Source of the DNA: Octopus vulgaris
Taxonomy: Eukaryota
Length of the DNA stretch: 64,000 nucleotides
NCBI GenBank assembly: GCA_951406725.2
Contig: OX597828.1
Coordinates: 25,110,001 to 25,174,000 of the forward strand
Direction: 5' to 3'
Shown here: positions 1 to 13,789 of the stretch, piece by piece
Position numbering within the stretch: the first letter of the stretch is position 1
Layout: every line of letters begins with the position of its first letter
Program-made: the position numbers and the translations under genes
Notes under the pieces: model-generated
What the model saw: the letters and a program-made list of their open reading frames with translations, nothing else
Told to the model about the DNA's origin: nothing
Database searches by the model: none

Positions 1-77
1 TAATGTTATAAAGTTTAAATACGGGGCTCAAATTTCACCCCCTCCCCCAATTTTAAATATTGAATTTTTTCATCCAT

Positions 78-491
78 TTACTCTTTACTCTTTTACTTGT
101 TTCAGTCATTTGACTGCGGTCATGCTGGAACACCGCCTTTAATCGAGCAACTTGACCCCGGGACTTATTCTTTTGTAAGCCCAGTACTTACTCTATCGGT
201 CTCTCCCGCCGAACCGCCAAGTAACGGGGACACAAACACACCAGCATCGGCCGTCAAACAATGCTAGGGGAACAAACACAGACACACAAACACACACACG
301 CATATATATATATATATATATATATATACGACGGGCTTCTTTCAGTTTCCGTCTACCAAATCCACTCACAAGGCTTTGGTCGGCCCGAGGCTATAGTAGA
401 AGACACTTGCCCAAGGTGCCACGCAGTGGGACTGAACCCGGAACCATGTGGTTGGTAAACAAGCTACTTACCACACAGCCACTGCTGCGCC
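78..491 (-). mobile_element. SINE family A (tRNA-derived, internal microsatellite), full length
   Basis: Reverse complement of GGCGCAG.AGTGGCTGTGTGGTAAG..GGTTCAGTCCC head, CCTTGGGCAAG core, CAGCATG.CCGCAGTCAAATGACTGAAACAAGTAAAAGAG tail; more than 12 copies in window. Confidence 0.9.
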
Positions 492-1021
492 TATTTATTT
501 ATTTATCTGTCTGTCTATTTATCCCCTTCCGTTTATTCATAAAATATATTTGTCAACTCAATGTGGCGGTCCAATAGAAGACGGTGTTACTGTTGTTTTT
601 AGCCCCAGGGAGACATTCCTATCTATCTATCTCTTTATACACCTATCTATGTGCTTATTGAATTTAAAATTTTGAAAACTTGATTTCTTGCATATTCGGA
701 ATCTCCGTCATCTAAAACATAAGTGAAAAAAATTTCGAAATGGTTCAAAATTTTAAGGGTAGAAGGGAGGGAGTAAAAAAATTATTTTTTTTTTTTTGCA
801 CATTCGCAATCTCCCACAACTAAAATGCAAGAGAGGTACAAAACTACATTTGCCCCTAATTTGAATCTAGAGTTGTCTCCCTTAGATCTCTTTAACGTGT
901 CATTAAGATGATTGTGTTTTTCGTTTTTCATTATGAGTGTTATTTCCATCAATTTAAATTGCCTCGCCTTACTTGCATTTTAGTATGTGAGCCCTCACTT
1001 TATTACTAGAAATATAAAGAA

Positions 1022-1410
1022 CTAGCAGTATCGCCCGGCGTTGCTCGGGTTTGTAAGGGAAATAACTATATAAGCATTTTTAGAGAGTTATAGCCAAAAA
1101 ATAGCAAAAAAATGCATTAAAAATGGAAAAAAATGATGGTAAATTTTTTTTTTAAATCGTTGACTCATCGTAGACATTTTTAGAGAGTTACTTCCCTTAT
1201 ATAATAGCGAAAAAATGCATTAAAATGGGAAAAAATGATGGTAAATTTATTTTTTTTAATCGTAGACGCGCGCTAATACCCGGAAGGGCTCGATATGAAT
1301 CACAACTATAAGATACCCGGTTCTGGTTAAACTGCACTGCAAAATGTGGGAGTAGTTAGGAATCTAAATCGTAGGAGACAGACACACAACTTCTCTTTTA
1401 TATATAAAGA
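1022..1410 (-). mobile_element. Non-autonomous Helitron-like element
   Basis: On minus strand begins TCTTTATATATAAA and ends with hairpin CCCGAGCAACGCCGGG + ..CTAG|T; internal ~110 bp duplication. Confidence 0.75.
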
Positions 1411-1952
1411 ATTTCAAGGTCGTAATATAGAAAGGCACCCAGTTAACAAACAAAAACAGGATGAGCAGAGCCGAAACCACGTTCATAAATGTCTGCTCGG
1501 TGAGGGTTAACCGGGTCTAAACATCATCATCATTAACAATAGCAATCAAGTGATCAAACCGAACCTCACTGTTCAGCACTGTAAACACCAGGAAATTTTG
1601 TATATAAATTCATCATTTCGTTACCCTGCTCTACTGAGTTTAGAGGGCGGGTTCTTTTTTAATTATTATTTTTTTCATTCTGATATTCTTTTACTTGTTT
1701 CCGGCCATGCTGGAACACCGCTTGAGGATGTTTAATCGAGCAAGTTGATAGCGGTGTCTTTTTAATGTCTGATATATATTTTATTTGTATCTCGCCGAAT
1801 CGCAATATAGCCGATGTCGAAAGGATTTAGAAACTTCGAGAGAACGTGAAATAATTCTTTAGGTGGGGGGGGACGGTGAAACTTGAAGCAGATAAAGCGA
1901 TAACATTAGCGTAAGTATTGGATTTTAAAATCCGTTCGATAGAAGGAGTCAA

Positions 1953-2183
1953 TGGCGGCGAGCTGGTAGAAACGTTAGCACGCCGGGCGAAATGCTTAGC
2001 GGTATTTCGTCTGCCACTACGTTCTGAGTTCAAATTCCGACGAGGTCGACTTTGCCTTTCAGCCTTTCGGGGTCGATAAATCAAGTACCAGTTACACACT
2101 GGGGTCGATATCATCGACTTAATCCGTTTGTTTGTCCTTGTTTGTCCCCTCTGTGTGTAGCCCCTTATGGGCAGTAAAGAAAT
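1953..2183 (+). mobile_element. SINE family B (tail type 1)
   Basis: GGCGGCGAGCTGG head, GAGTTCAAATTCC B-box; 10 bp TSD AAGGAGTCAA (1943-1952/2184-2193). Confidence 0.9.
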
Positions 2184-2214
2184 AAGGAGTCAAAGGCAGC
2201 TGTACAAATATATG

Positions 2215-2246
<32 letters not shown>

Positions 2247-2619
2247 CATACATACATACATACATACATACATACATACGCTTGCGTGTGTGTGTGTGTG
2301 TCTGTCTCTCTGTCTGTGTCTGTGCGCGCTCGTATAGCGACGGACTTCCATATAGTTTCGGTCTACCAAATTCACTTTGAAGGCACTAATAAAAGACAGT
2401 TACCTAATATACAAGTTGTAAATCCCGAACATTTTCAGGAATTGTATTCATTCGTTCTTCACAGTAAAGTTGGACGACCCAGGTAAGTATCGAACGAAAA
2501 ATTTTTACCTGGAATCTATGTCGAATTTTTTAAGAAGATTCAAAAAATATAACGTGCGTGACATCACAGAAAATAACATTTTTCACCTGAAAATATCATC
2601 TACTAATTCTTCTTAATTT

Positions 2620-3025
2620 TTCTTTCTTTCTTTCTTTCTTTCTTTCATTAGGAGCCATGTCCAGAGTATAGGACATAAGTGATCATGTCCTGGCACAGTT
2701 CTCTGTTCCTTGTCTTCTGTAAGAGTTCCACTTCCTGATATTTAATGGCTCTTTATTCTAACCAGTTCCACAAGTTTGACATCTGTATCATCCTTCTCTT
2801 TCCTGTTTCTTTTTCCTTCAACCTTTCCGGTCATCACTAAATTCTCCAGGCCCTACTTCTCCTCACATGGCCAAGAAATCTCAGTTGCTTGGCCTTCATC
2901 ACACTAAGTAGTTTCCTAGTAACGGCAGCGTGGGTCATCACTTCTTCATTAGACTCTTTGTCTATCCATGTTATCCTGAATATTCTCCCTAAGAACTGCA
3001 TTCCCCAGCGCTCCAAGAACCTTAT
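2620..3025 (-). mobile_element. RTE-clade LINE 3' fragment (degraded)
   Basis: Minus-strand translation RIFRITWIDKESNEEVM..KQLRFLGHVRR / LENLVMTGKVEGKR typical of the RTE ORF C-terminus; (GAAA)n tail. Confidence 0.8.
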
Positions 3026-3271
3026 TTCTGTAAGGTTGCATGGGAAAAAAACCTTATGGGGTTTATTTATATTGACCTTGAAATTTCAAAAACGTTTAGG
3101 TGTTACAATGTTTGTGGTCATCTTTCTCATTTAATTGCTATGGCCTGAGTGGAAAAAATGAAGGTAACTTTTTCAAGACAAATATTTTCTAAATCTTTCA
3201 AATGGTGTAGATCTGAAAGAAATTGTTTCAATATCGAAATCTGGTCAAAAAGAATGAACCATTTCGTGTGT

Positions 3272-3660
3272 ACGGCTGAGTGGTAAGAAGTTTGTTTCCC
3301 AACCACATGGTTCCGGGTTCAGTCTCACTGCGTAGCATCTTGGGCAAGTGTCAGCATTGGGCTCACCAAAACATTGAGTGGATTTGATAAAAGAAGCCCG
3401 TCATATATGTGTGTGTGTTTTTGTAATAATGTGTGCGTTTTTGTGTCTGTGTTTGTTCCCCAACGCCGCTGGACAACCAGTGTTGGTATGTTTACGTCCT
3501 CGTAATTTAGCGGTTCGACAAAAGAAACCGACTGAATAAGCATCCAGCTTTAAAAAGAAAGTCCTGAGGCTGATTTCTTCAACTAAAATGCTTCAAGGTG
3601 ATGCCCCAGCATGGCCGCAGTCAAATGAATGAAACAAATAAAAGCTAAAAGATAAAAGAT
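3272..3660 (+). mobile_element. SINE family A (diverged)
   Basis: Head, CTTGGGCAAG core and CAGCATGGCCGCAGTCAAATGA tail. Confidence 0.85.
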
Positions 3661-3819
3661 TAATAGCTATTCATTATCAGGTACATAGTAATTTTTCTGA
3701 GTATTCTAAAACTTTTCGAAATCCTGTTTTGGTTCAGCTTTCACGAGAATGGCCCCTACTTAATTACAATGATATAGACATAAGTTAGAACATTAAGAAG
3801 TTATTAGTTAAGAGCTTAC

Positions 3820-3992
3820 CTGGCGCCCCATTCTCGTGTACCCCTATGGAAGACCACAACGTCGCCATTTTGGTTGGTGTCCAACCCGCTGACCTGTCGA
3901 ACTGTGGCGTCCCTCCACTCTGGCCACTCAGGAACCGGACGTAGATTAGTCGGCCAACGCACTTCATGGTTCAAATTGTTATAACCGATTTC
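3820..3992 (-). CDS. PAL: Internal exon of peptidyl-alpha-hydroxyglycine alpha-amidating lyase (PAL, NHL-repeat beta-propeller)
   Basis: cag|GAA acceptor and AG|gtaagc donor; 173 nt open frame EIGYNNLNHEVRWPTNLRPVPEWPEWRDATVRQVSGLDTNQNGDVVVFHRGTREWGA; WP...QVSG.D..G.VV.FHRG...W matches the start of the PAL domain of PAM (GQVSGVALD..NNLVIFHRGDHVWD). Confidence 0.88.
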
Positions 3993-4014
3993 CTGGTAAT
4001 AATAAAAATGAAAA

Positions 4015-4065
<51 letters not shown>

Positions 4066-4612
4066 GAGAATATTGAGGATAAATGCCCTGAGGCAGTACC
4101 AGACAGTGGCTCTCGTGGCTTTTGATCTTAACGGATTGGAAATGTTATCATGGACATTGTTTTGTCCTGGTATAAAAGATGGACTACAGCAAATATTCTG
4201 CTCAATACCACAGATTTGCTTGTCAGTTGTTTGACCTTAACCAGTTGACCATGTCCCTTAGTGGCTGACGATATGTGCATCTCTGACCACAAGCAGAAGT
4301 AGTGGGATAGCATCATAGCCGTGTTTTGAAAGGAATTCTTGGAGGTTTGGATAATTCGCCTTTGGAAACATGGGTGGTTCGCTCAACATCCTTAAACACT
4401 CCTTATTTAGGGACCTTTTGGGCAGGATGGGCTGCTCGGCCAGAAGAAAATTCATGCGCTATTTATCTTGATATGAGATCACCATGTCGCGCACATATGG
4501 TTGTGATGCATATGTCTGGTGTACCCTTATCAGACGGGTAGTCATGATGGGTATACTGGGCTTCGTATATTTTACCCCAGTGTCACTTTGATGGCATGCA
4601 CTGATCCCCCAA
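4066..4612. mobile_element. Unclassified interspersed repeat flanked by (AAT)n on both sides
   Basis: Segment 4252-4320 recurs at about 6120-6190; bounded by AAT tracts. Confidence 0.5.
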
Positions 4613-4616
4613 TAAC

Positions 4617-4699
<83 letters not shown>

Positions 4700-4700
<1 letters not shown>

Positions 4701-4896
4701 CCTTTCTACTATAAGCACAAGGCCTGAAATTTGGGGAGAGGGGACTAGTCAATTACCTCGAGTTCAGTGTTTCACTAGGACTTAATGTATCGATCCCGAA
4801 AGGATGAAAGGTAAAGCCGACCTCGGCGGAATTTGAAATCTGAATACCAACAAAGCATTTCGCCCGGCGTACTAACGATTCTGTTAGCTCGCCGCC

Positions 4897-4897
<1 letters not shown>
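4700..4897 (-). mobile_element. SINE family B (tail type 2) within (ATT)n
   Basis: Reverse complement of family B head/body with CCTTGTGC..AGAAAGG(ATT)n tail. Confidence 0.85.
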
Positions 4898-4951
<54 letters not shown>

Positions 4952-4957
4952 TGATGA

Positions 4958-4991
<34 letters not shown>

Positions 4992-5118
4992 GGTGGTGGT
5001 GGTGGTGGTGGTGATGATGATGATGATAAGGAGGAGGAGGAGGAGGAGGAGGAGGAAGAAGAAGAAGAAGAAGAAGAAGAAGAAGAAGAAGAAGAAGAAG
5101 AAGAATGATAATAATAAT
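4898..5118. repeat. Compound triplet microsatellite AAT-GAT-GGT-GAT-GAG-GAA
   Basis: Direct reading. Confidence 0.95.
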
Positions 5119-6080
5119 GGGCGGTTTTACTCCTTAGATATGGAGCAGAGGTAATCACATGAATAGTAGACGAACTAAACAGCTTAGACAGAAAGACAAG
5201 GAAGTTGCTAACTAGATATGGGACACTCAACCCAAAAAGTGACACAGACAGATTGTATGTACCAAGAAAAAGAGGGGGAAGAGGACTTTATTAGATGCGA
5301 ACACAGCATAGCATTAGAGCAGAAGAAAACAACATAGTATGGTATGTAAAACATACCACAGAACCGCTATAATTAGAAGTAAGAAGTGTCAGGCTTGTGT
5401 AGGATGAAAGACTGCAAATATAAAGTACTATACAAGAAACTGAAAACGAATGAAACTGAAAATAGGTGGGTAAAGAAAAAATGCATGAAGAATTTCATAG
5501 GGATGTTGAAGATAAGACAGATAGAGAATAAAAATGGCTGTGGACATTGGCCACTTTACAATAAGTATGGACTTGACAGAGAAAAAAATTGGTACGACCA
5601 CAAACCCGAAGGCATCATCGAAAATGATAATGCAAAGTTCCTGTGGGATTTTATGATTCAGTGCGACCATGAGATCCAGAATAAGAATCCAAACATAGTC
5701 TTTATTGAGAAAGAAACCAAACTATGCTGGATCATAGATATAGCATGCCCAGCTGGCAACAAGGTGTGCGATAAGGAAGAAAGAAAAGTCGATAGGTATG
5801 ATAGGTTAGCTTGGGAGGTAAAGAAGTTGTGGTCGATGAAAAACATGGTAGTGGTACCAATAATTGTCGGAGCCCTGGGAACAGTGAGTAAATATCTCGA
5901 GAAGTACATGGAACAAACAGGGGCTGCAAAAAGGGTGGAACACTTGCAGAAAACAGCACTGCTTGGAACCACTCGAATACTCCGGAAGGTGCTCGAAAAA
6001 TAAGAGGTGTTACTTTAGTTCACTGGTAGTGAACAGCTGACACCGTAGTACAACTCCAGCGTTAAAAGCTGTGCAAAGTC

Positions 6081-6112
<32 letters not shown>
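5119..6112 (+). mobile_element. R4/Dong-clade non-LTR retrotransposon, 5'-truncated, restriction-like endonuclease (pseudogenised)
   Basis: LNPKSDTDRLYVPRKRGGRGL motif; LWDF.IQCD..PNIV..IIDIACP..K.DRY..L..E..PIIVGALGTV..LQKTALLGT..ILRKVL RLE C-terminus; short 3' UTR and (AAT)n tail. Confidence 0.85.
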
Positions 6113-6113
<1 letters not shown>

Positions 6114-6194
6114 TTGAGGATGTCCCTTAGAGGCTGACGATAAGTGTATCTCTGGTCATGAGCAGAAGTAGTTGTGGAGTATCATAGGATACCA

Positions 6195-6374
6195 AGGGAA
6201 AGGCAACGGCCAATACAGGTTGGCACCTGTGACGTCGCAACTCATTTCTACAGCTGAGTGAACTGGAGCAACGTGAAATGAAGTGTCTTGCCCAAGAACA
6301 CAACACGCAGCCCGGTCCAGGATTTGAACTCACAACCATTACGGTCCTAAGTTCGACGCTCTAACCACTAAGTC

Positions 6375-6375
<1 letters not shown>
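6195..6375 (-). mobile_element. tRNA-derived SINE family E (5' part)
   Basis: Minus strand AGTGGTTAGAGCG..GAGTTCAAATCC, then CTTGGGCAAGACAC..CTCAGCTGTAGAAATGAG. Confidence 0.75.
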
Positions 6376-6436
<61 letters not shown>

Positions 6437-6440
<4 letters not shown>

Positions 6441-6668
6441 ACTTTATTTCACGTTGCTGCAGTTCACTCAGCTGTAGAAATGAGTTGCAGCGTCACTGGT
6501 GCCAAGCTGCTTTTCCCTGGGGGGTAACATCAGTGGCGTGGAGAAGGGGAGACTGGTGTACATGGGCGACTAATGGTCTTCTGTATGCAACTCTGTCTGG
6601 ACTTGTGCCTCGGAGGGTAACTTTCTATATGTAATCCCATGGTCGTTCATGATCAAAAGGGGTCTTTA
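6437..6668 (+). mobile_element. SINE family E body and 3' part, inverted relative to 6195-6375
   Basis: TTTCACGTTGCT.CAGTTCACTCAGCTGTAGAAATGAGTTGC shared with the upstream copy in opposite orientation. Confidence 0.7.
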
Positions 6669-6746
6669 CTCTATGCATACACACATACACACACATACAT
6701 ATATACATATATACATATATACATTCATACATACAGACAGACAGAC

Positions 6747-6791
<45 letters not shown>

Positions 6792-8001
6792 CGTGTATGG
6801 GTGCATGTGTGTGTTCGTCAGTCCGAGCAACGATGAGGGTTTCCTTATCATCCTTAGGGATGACTGATGATTTGCGCAGTATATTTATCTAGAGTGAAGA
6901 AGGGTTGCGCACCATCAAGCTCGTCCGTGACTCTCTTTAATACACAGGCAAGACCAGCCCTACTCTGACCTGGAGTAGTAACCAGATATCAGTATGCTAA
7001 GATATCAACAGATCAGCATATGAAGACACCAAAATACCGGTATATAAGTCACCAACATATCTATCAACAGATAGAAAACCTGGTCCAATCCAAATCCTGA
7101 CTTAAAGACACCTAAGTAAATCTGCCACTCAAAATCAAATAGAGGACATTCAACGGACTTCCGTACAGTTTCCATCTACTTAGTTTCATTCAAAAGGCTT
7201 GGGTGAACACTAAGCTATGATAAAAAAAATGATTATATGTGTCCAAAGAGATGTACTGTGAGATCGAGCTCAGAACAACCTAATTTCGCATCGAATGTCT
7301 TAACCACACGGCCATTTTATTACTATGCTGCATATATCTCCGTGATAAACAAGATATATTTGCATAAGTGTGACATTAATTAGTTGTACATTAACGGAGG
7401 TTGTAGAAGTACATTAATGGTTTTAATTAGAAGTATATTAATGTAGTTCATCAATGCCAGATGTCTAATTGCTGAGAGTGCACAACAACTCAACAGGTAA
7501 TCAGTACTATGACTCTATGCCTATATGAATTAAGCAAATGGATATGTATATGTATAAGTACCTAATGAAATAGTATTAATGTTGGTGTTGCTGTTGTTGA
7601 AATCATATCGTTCATTGATGCTGAATAGAGCAGAAAGCGAACGAGAAAATAAAGGAAAAGGAAGACAAGTACATAGATATAGAGAGATTGGCTGGTAGGT
7701 TAGTATGTAAATGTGTATGTAGATACCTACCTACCTACCTATAAATCTATATATTTATATATATATATCAATACATTTATATATATATATATATATATAT
7801 ATAGCGAGAGGGATAGGGAGGGAGAGGGTTAAGTGCATACTTATATAAATAAATAGGAATGTAGGTAGAAAGTGTAGGTAGGTGCATACACGCGTAGCTA
7901 TCTATCTATTTATCTATCTATCTACCTATATATATGTTATATGTATGCATACACACACACACATACATACATTTATTTATCTGTCAATTTATCTATTTAT
8001 C

Positions 8002-8093
<92 letters not shown>

Positions 8094-8842
8094 GAAAATA
8101 AAATGCGGATGAAGGAAGAATTAAATAAAAACAAAAATGATGTCAAAAGAAGAGAGAGAAAGAGGAAAAAAACGTTCCGGAAAAAGGAACAAAACATGGA
8201 AGAAAGCAGTACAAGTGAGATTATATGCAGACGACACCGTGTTAATGACGTCACAACAGGGATGGTCGGAGTGAAAGTGAAAGTGAAAGAGAGAGCGGGG
8301 GAGAAAGGAAGAGGGAAGGGAAAAGGAGTAAGAGAGAGAGAGAGAAAGAGAGAGAGGTGAACATAAAGTGACAGTGCTGATATCCGCAATATGGCTGAAA
8401 GAAAACCTCAAGGGAATATTCTCTTAACTATATATAATTGTGGTAGGATCACACATACAGTGAATTGAAAAAAAAAAAAAACTTCGATCGTCTGCGTTTA
8501 TCAAAGCAATCAGTAGACAGAACCTAGAGCTGTTTGAAATCTAAAAACAAGTAGGAGCATGAGATGGTATACGAGGATCGAAAATCTTGAACAATACACA
8601 CGATTCAGATTGGAGTGGATCTGTGCTTGGTGTTGGCGTTGGCGTTGGCGTTTAACCCCAGGTCAGCCCTGACCTGTAGGCCTATGATCAAAGTTATACC
8701 AGCTGTGATTATCCTGACTTTTACTTGTGTACAGTAATAGCATTAAACAATATGTTCTCCCTCTCTTTCTCTCTCTCCCTTCCTCTCTCTCTCTCTCTCT
8801 CTCTCATTCTATCTCCCACTCTCTCCCTCTCTCTCGATATAT

Positions 8843-8881
<39 letters not shown>

Positions 8882-9444
8882 GTGTGCGTGTGTGTGTGTG
8901 TGTGTGTCTATCACTCTCCTTTTGTAATACGCTATGGTAAGATTTGAGGGGGATTTTGCTGCTATTTCTAGCGTTGGCTCGGAGTGGATCTAGTCTTGTG
9001 GTAGTAGGAGGAGGTTGAAGAAGGTAAAAACATAACAACATGTAGCAGTTGGAGTGGAAGTGGGAGATGTTTTGACACAGAGGAGTTGCAGTCATAACAG
9101 ATGCGATGGTGGTGGTGGTCGTGGTGATGGTGGTGGTGGTGGTCGTGGGAGATGGTGATAGTACACAGGACATGTAGTGGTGAGAGTAGAGGTAATAGCG
9201 GTGGGAGATGGTTATGACACAAAAGTTACATAGAAGTGGTTGACCAGTTAGAGGGATGGTGGGAGATAATTACGACAGAGAAAACAAACGTAATAGATGG
9301 CGTGGGGGGGTGACAGATAAAAACAGAGGTGGTGGTGGTGGTGGTGATGGCGGTAGCGGCGGTGGCGGCGGCGGCAGCGGTGGTGGAGTTGAGTGAAAGA
9401 AGGCAGATTTAATATACAAAGATGGCGAAAATAATTGATACAAT

Positions 9445-9720
9445 GGCTGTTGTTGTTGTTGTTGTTGTTAAACCGCAGGTGAGCAGTGATTGCGCAAGCC
9501 CATGATCAAAGACGCTCTACCCATGACCAACCCATCATTGTTCCTTTTTTGTTTTGGGTTTTTTTTTTAGTTTGTTTGTTTGTTTGTTTGTTTTTCATCA
9601 ATCACAATGATCTGAGACTACTTTTATCTAATGCGTCCGTCCTTTCATTTCATAAGACGATATGTATGATTTGAGGAGGATTGGGTTGTTATTTCTAGCA
9701 TGTCAATCATTTGTTCGTGT
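9445..9720 (-). mobile_element. Old dispersed repeat family G (CTAGAAATAGC core, (CAA)n tail)
   Basis: Similar segments near 8630-8990, 25795-26045, 34515-34705, 38635-38830, 39560-39890 and 49635-49830. Confidence 0.55.
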
Positions 9721-9786
9721 GATGATAGCGTAGGTTGAGACAGCTTACAACTATATTGATAAAGGTACGTTTAGTCGGGAAAATGA

Positions 9787-9846
<60 letters not shown>

Positions 9847-9874
9847 CAGCAGCAGCAGTAGCAGCAGCAGCAGC

Positions 9875-9925
<51 letters not shown>

Positions 9926-10039
9926 ATTGGTGGTGGTGGTGAGGAGGAGGGTGATGGTACAAATAACCATTACTTAGTTACCATAGTAAATCGGTTCATT
10001 CAATAAGTATTTTCATTCATAATGAGTGTCTGTGTGTGT

Positions 10040-10094
<55 letters not shown>

Positions 10095-10624
10095 CTTGTG
10101 TCTGTATGGCTGGCTATGTGTTTGTGTGCTTAGATTTATATCCAGATGTGTCCGCCTCTGTCTCTCAGTGTGTGTATATATATATGTATGTGAGTGTATG
10201 TGTCCGTTGTTGTTGTGTGTGTGTGTGTCTGTACGACTGGCTGTGTGTTTGTGTGCTTACATGCATATCCAGATGTGTGTACGAGCCTCTCTCTCTCTCT
10301 CCATGTGTGTGTGTTTGTGTGTGTGTGTGCGCGCGCGTACGTATTTGCTTTTCTGTATATGTGCTTGTTTGTGACCATATGCATCTCTGTAAAACCGTAC
10401 TTATTTGCGGGTCCGCATCCGTCGCATTCATATGGACGCGACGGATATGGAATAAATGGCTAAATGAGAATAGAAATTTACTCTTCAACCAAGCAGTCGC
10501 GGGTTCGTTCTCACGACGATGTGATCTGAGTCTTGGAAAGGAAATTAGACAGAAAGATTCTGTGGAAGGTAGTCTGATGGACCATATGCCATAGATGGTT
10601 CAGCTACGTTTTACATGTACTACT

Positions 10625-11002
10625 CTGTGTCACGCAGTGTCACATAGCTGTCACGCATTGTGTCACATATCTGTCACGCATTGTGTCACATAGCTATCAC
10701 GCATTGTGTCACATAACAGTCAGCAGTGTCACTTAGCTGTCACGCATAATGTCACATAGCTATCACACATTGTGTTACATAGCTGTCACACAGTGGGTCA
10801 CATAGCTGTCACGCAGTGTCACATAGCTGTCACGCATTGTGTCACATAGCTGTCACGCATTGTGTCACATAGCTATCACAGTGTGTCAAAAAACTGTCAT
10901 GCAGTGTCACATATATGTCACGCATTATGCCATATAGCTATCACACGTTGTGTCACATAGCTGTCACACAGTGTCACATAGCTGTCACGCATTGTGTCAC
11001 AC
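10625..11002. repeat. Minisatellite, 20-23 bp unit TGTCACGCA(TT)GTGTCACATAGC, roughly 17 units
   Basis: Direct tandem repetition. Confidence 0.92.
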
Positions 11003-11029
11003 AGAATCAGTATCAAATCTATCTCTAAC

Positions 11030-11985
<956 letters not shown>

Positions 11986-12362
11986 ACGTACATTATGTCT
12001 AGAGTACAAGTGTTTACAATCATATTTTCATTGCCGCAATTACTGCATCGCTGCACATATTGTAGCAACTGAAACATAACCTGCAGAATTTCAATTCGTT
12101 TTATAGAAACGAAAATATCCTGAGAAATATATTTTTAATGTAGATGCCTACAGGATTATTTTAAAAGAGAATGTTTTTCAGAGACGTTTATTGCCATTTG
12201 ATAAATAAAATCTGCACCAGAATTTAAAGCTGCCAGGAAGAGACTAACACTGTTTGTATGATGGTAATGATTCAGTGACTCTAAAATTGAAACCGGTGTT
12301 GCTCTGCAACTTAGAAATTTCTTGTGCATTGAAAGGTTAAATTAGTTAAAATTGTCTTATTA

Positions 12363-12578
12363 CTGGTTTCGAATTTTGACACAAAACCAGTAATTTCGTG
12401 GGGTGGGTTAAGTCGATTACATCCACCTCAATGCTCGACTGGTACCTATTTTACTGACCCCAAAAGGGTGAAAGGCAAATTCGACTCCGGTAGCATTTTA
12501 ACTCCGAAGGAAAAGACGGACGAAATGCCGCTAAGCAATTTATCCGGTGCGATAACAATTCTGCTAGCTCACTGCCTA
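12363..12578 (-). mobile_element. SINE family B (diverged)
   Basis: GACCCC.AAAGG.TGAAAGGCAAA and GACGAAATGCCGCTAAGC motifs. Confidence 0.7.
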
Positions 12579-12894
12579 AAACTGTCGGAAGATTGGTCGT
12601 AAACCAATAAAGTATGGATCACACAGAAATTATTCTTTGAGTGCCACAAAACTTTTTTTCTTTTATTTAGAATATTTGTTTTGAAGCATCGAGAAACACG
12701 TAAATGAGTCATTTAATGGTGTATCTCAAAGTGGATATGCCTAAAGATATTAACTCGTATTAGGTTAACAAAACCCTTGAATGAAAAAAAACGTGAGAAG
12801 CTATTTCGGGATATCTCAAAAGTTACTTTGAGAGATCACATGTGATACACAGAACATATTTCCTTAGCGTCCATGCTTCATACATGATACATAT

Positions 12895-13306
12895 ACTCTC
12901 TCTTTTACTCTTTTACTTGTTTCAGTCATTTGACTGCGGCCATGCTGGAGCACCGCCTTTAGTCGAGCAAATCGGCCCCGGTACTTATTCTTTGTAAGCC
13001 CAGTACTTATTCTATCGGTCTCTTTTGCCGAACCGCTAAGTGACAGGGACGTAAACACACCAGCATCGGTTGTCAAGCAATACTAGGGGGACAAACAAAG
13101 ACACACAGACACACACATACATATATATATATATACATATATACGACAGGCTTCTTTCAGTTTCCGTCTACCAAATCCACTCACAAGACATTGGTCGGCC
13201 CGGGGCTATAGCAGAAGACACTTGCCCAAGGTGCCACGCAGTGGGACTGAACCCGGAACCATGTGGTTGGTTAGCAAGCTACTTACCACACATCCACTCC
13301 TGCGCC
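12895..13306 (-). mobile_element. SINE family A, full length
   Basis: Near-consensus copy. Confidence 0.92.
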
Positions 13307-13499
13307 TTTTCTTTTTTCAACCACCAGAGTAACTTTGGACTTTTTGAAATGGAAGCTTCATATTAATCAGAACAGGGCTTAGCTAAAAGTCTGTAAACAA
13401 GCATAGACGTTTAGGGTAGACTGATGAAATGCGTTTGGACATGCATAGGGTTAAATAACTTATTTTTTGCTATGTTGCGTACGACTCCTGTGTTGAGAA

Positions 13500-13780
13500 G
13501 GATTTGCCGAATGCATTGCTATGTTAGACAATGCTCTTGGCCATCGTCCACAGTTTTATGATAGTCAAACGAAATCTGAAATAGAGTACAGACCTCCAAA
13601 CACAAAGTCTCTTTTATACCTGAAGGATGGAGGCGTAATAGCTACATCCAAGGAAGAAATTCTTGGTGTGACTAAAATATCGCTAGCGGTCATTTAAAAT
13701 TTTAAATGTCAAACGTGTTATTGACATCGTCTGGAAAAAAAAAGGTCATTGAAAAACTGCTAAAAATGCCCTTTCGAAAG
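13500..13780 (+). mobile_element. pogo/Tigger DDE transposase relic
   Basis: LDNALGH and PPNTKSLL..DGGVIATSK resemble Tigger LDNAPGH / PPNTTSLIQPMDQGVI..FK. Confidence 0.6.
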
Positions 13781-13789
13781 AACTACATA

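Noticed and set aside
2400-2590. Further exon suggested by splice-like signals on both strands
   Set aside because: Minus-strand candidate has stops in all frames and no PAL motif; the plus-strand 45 nt candidate has no support
3785-3967. 60 aa ORF MKCVGRL.. from the track
   Set aside because: Wrong frame; the overlapping splice-bounded frame encodes the PAL motif
5386-6003. Host nuclease gene
   Set aside because: Frameshifted, deleted C-terminus of an R4-clade retrotransposon
10625-11002. CRISPR-like array
   Set aside because: No unique spacers, no cas genes, eukaryotic context; a plain minisatellite
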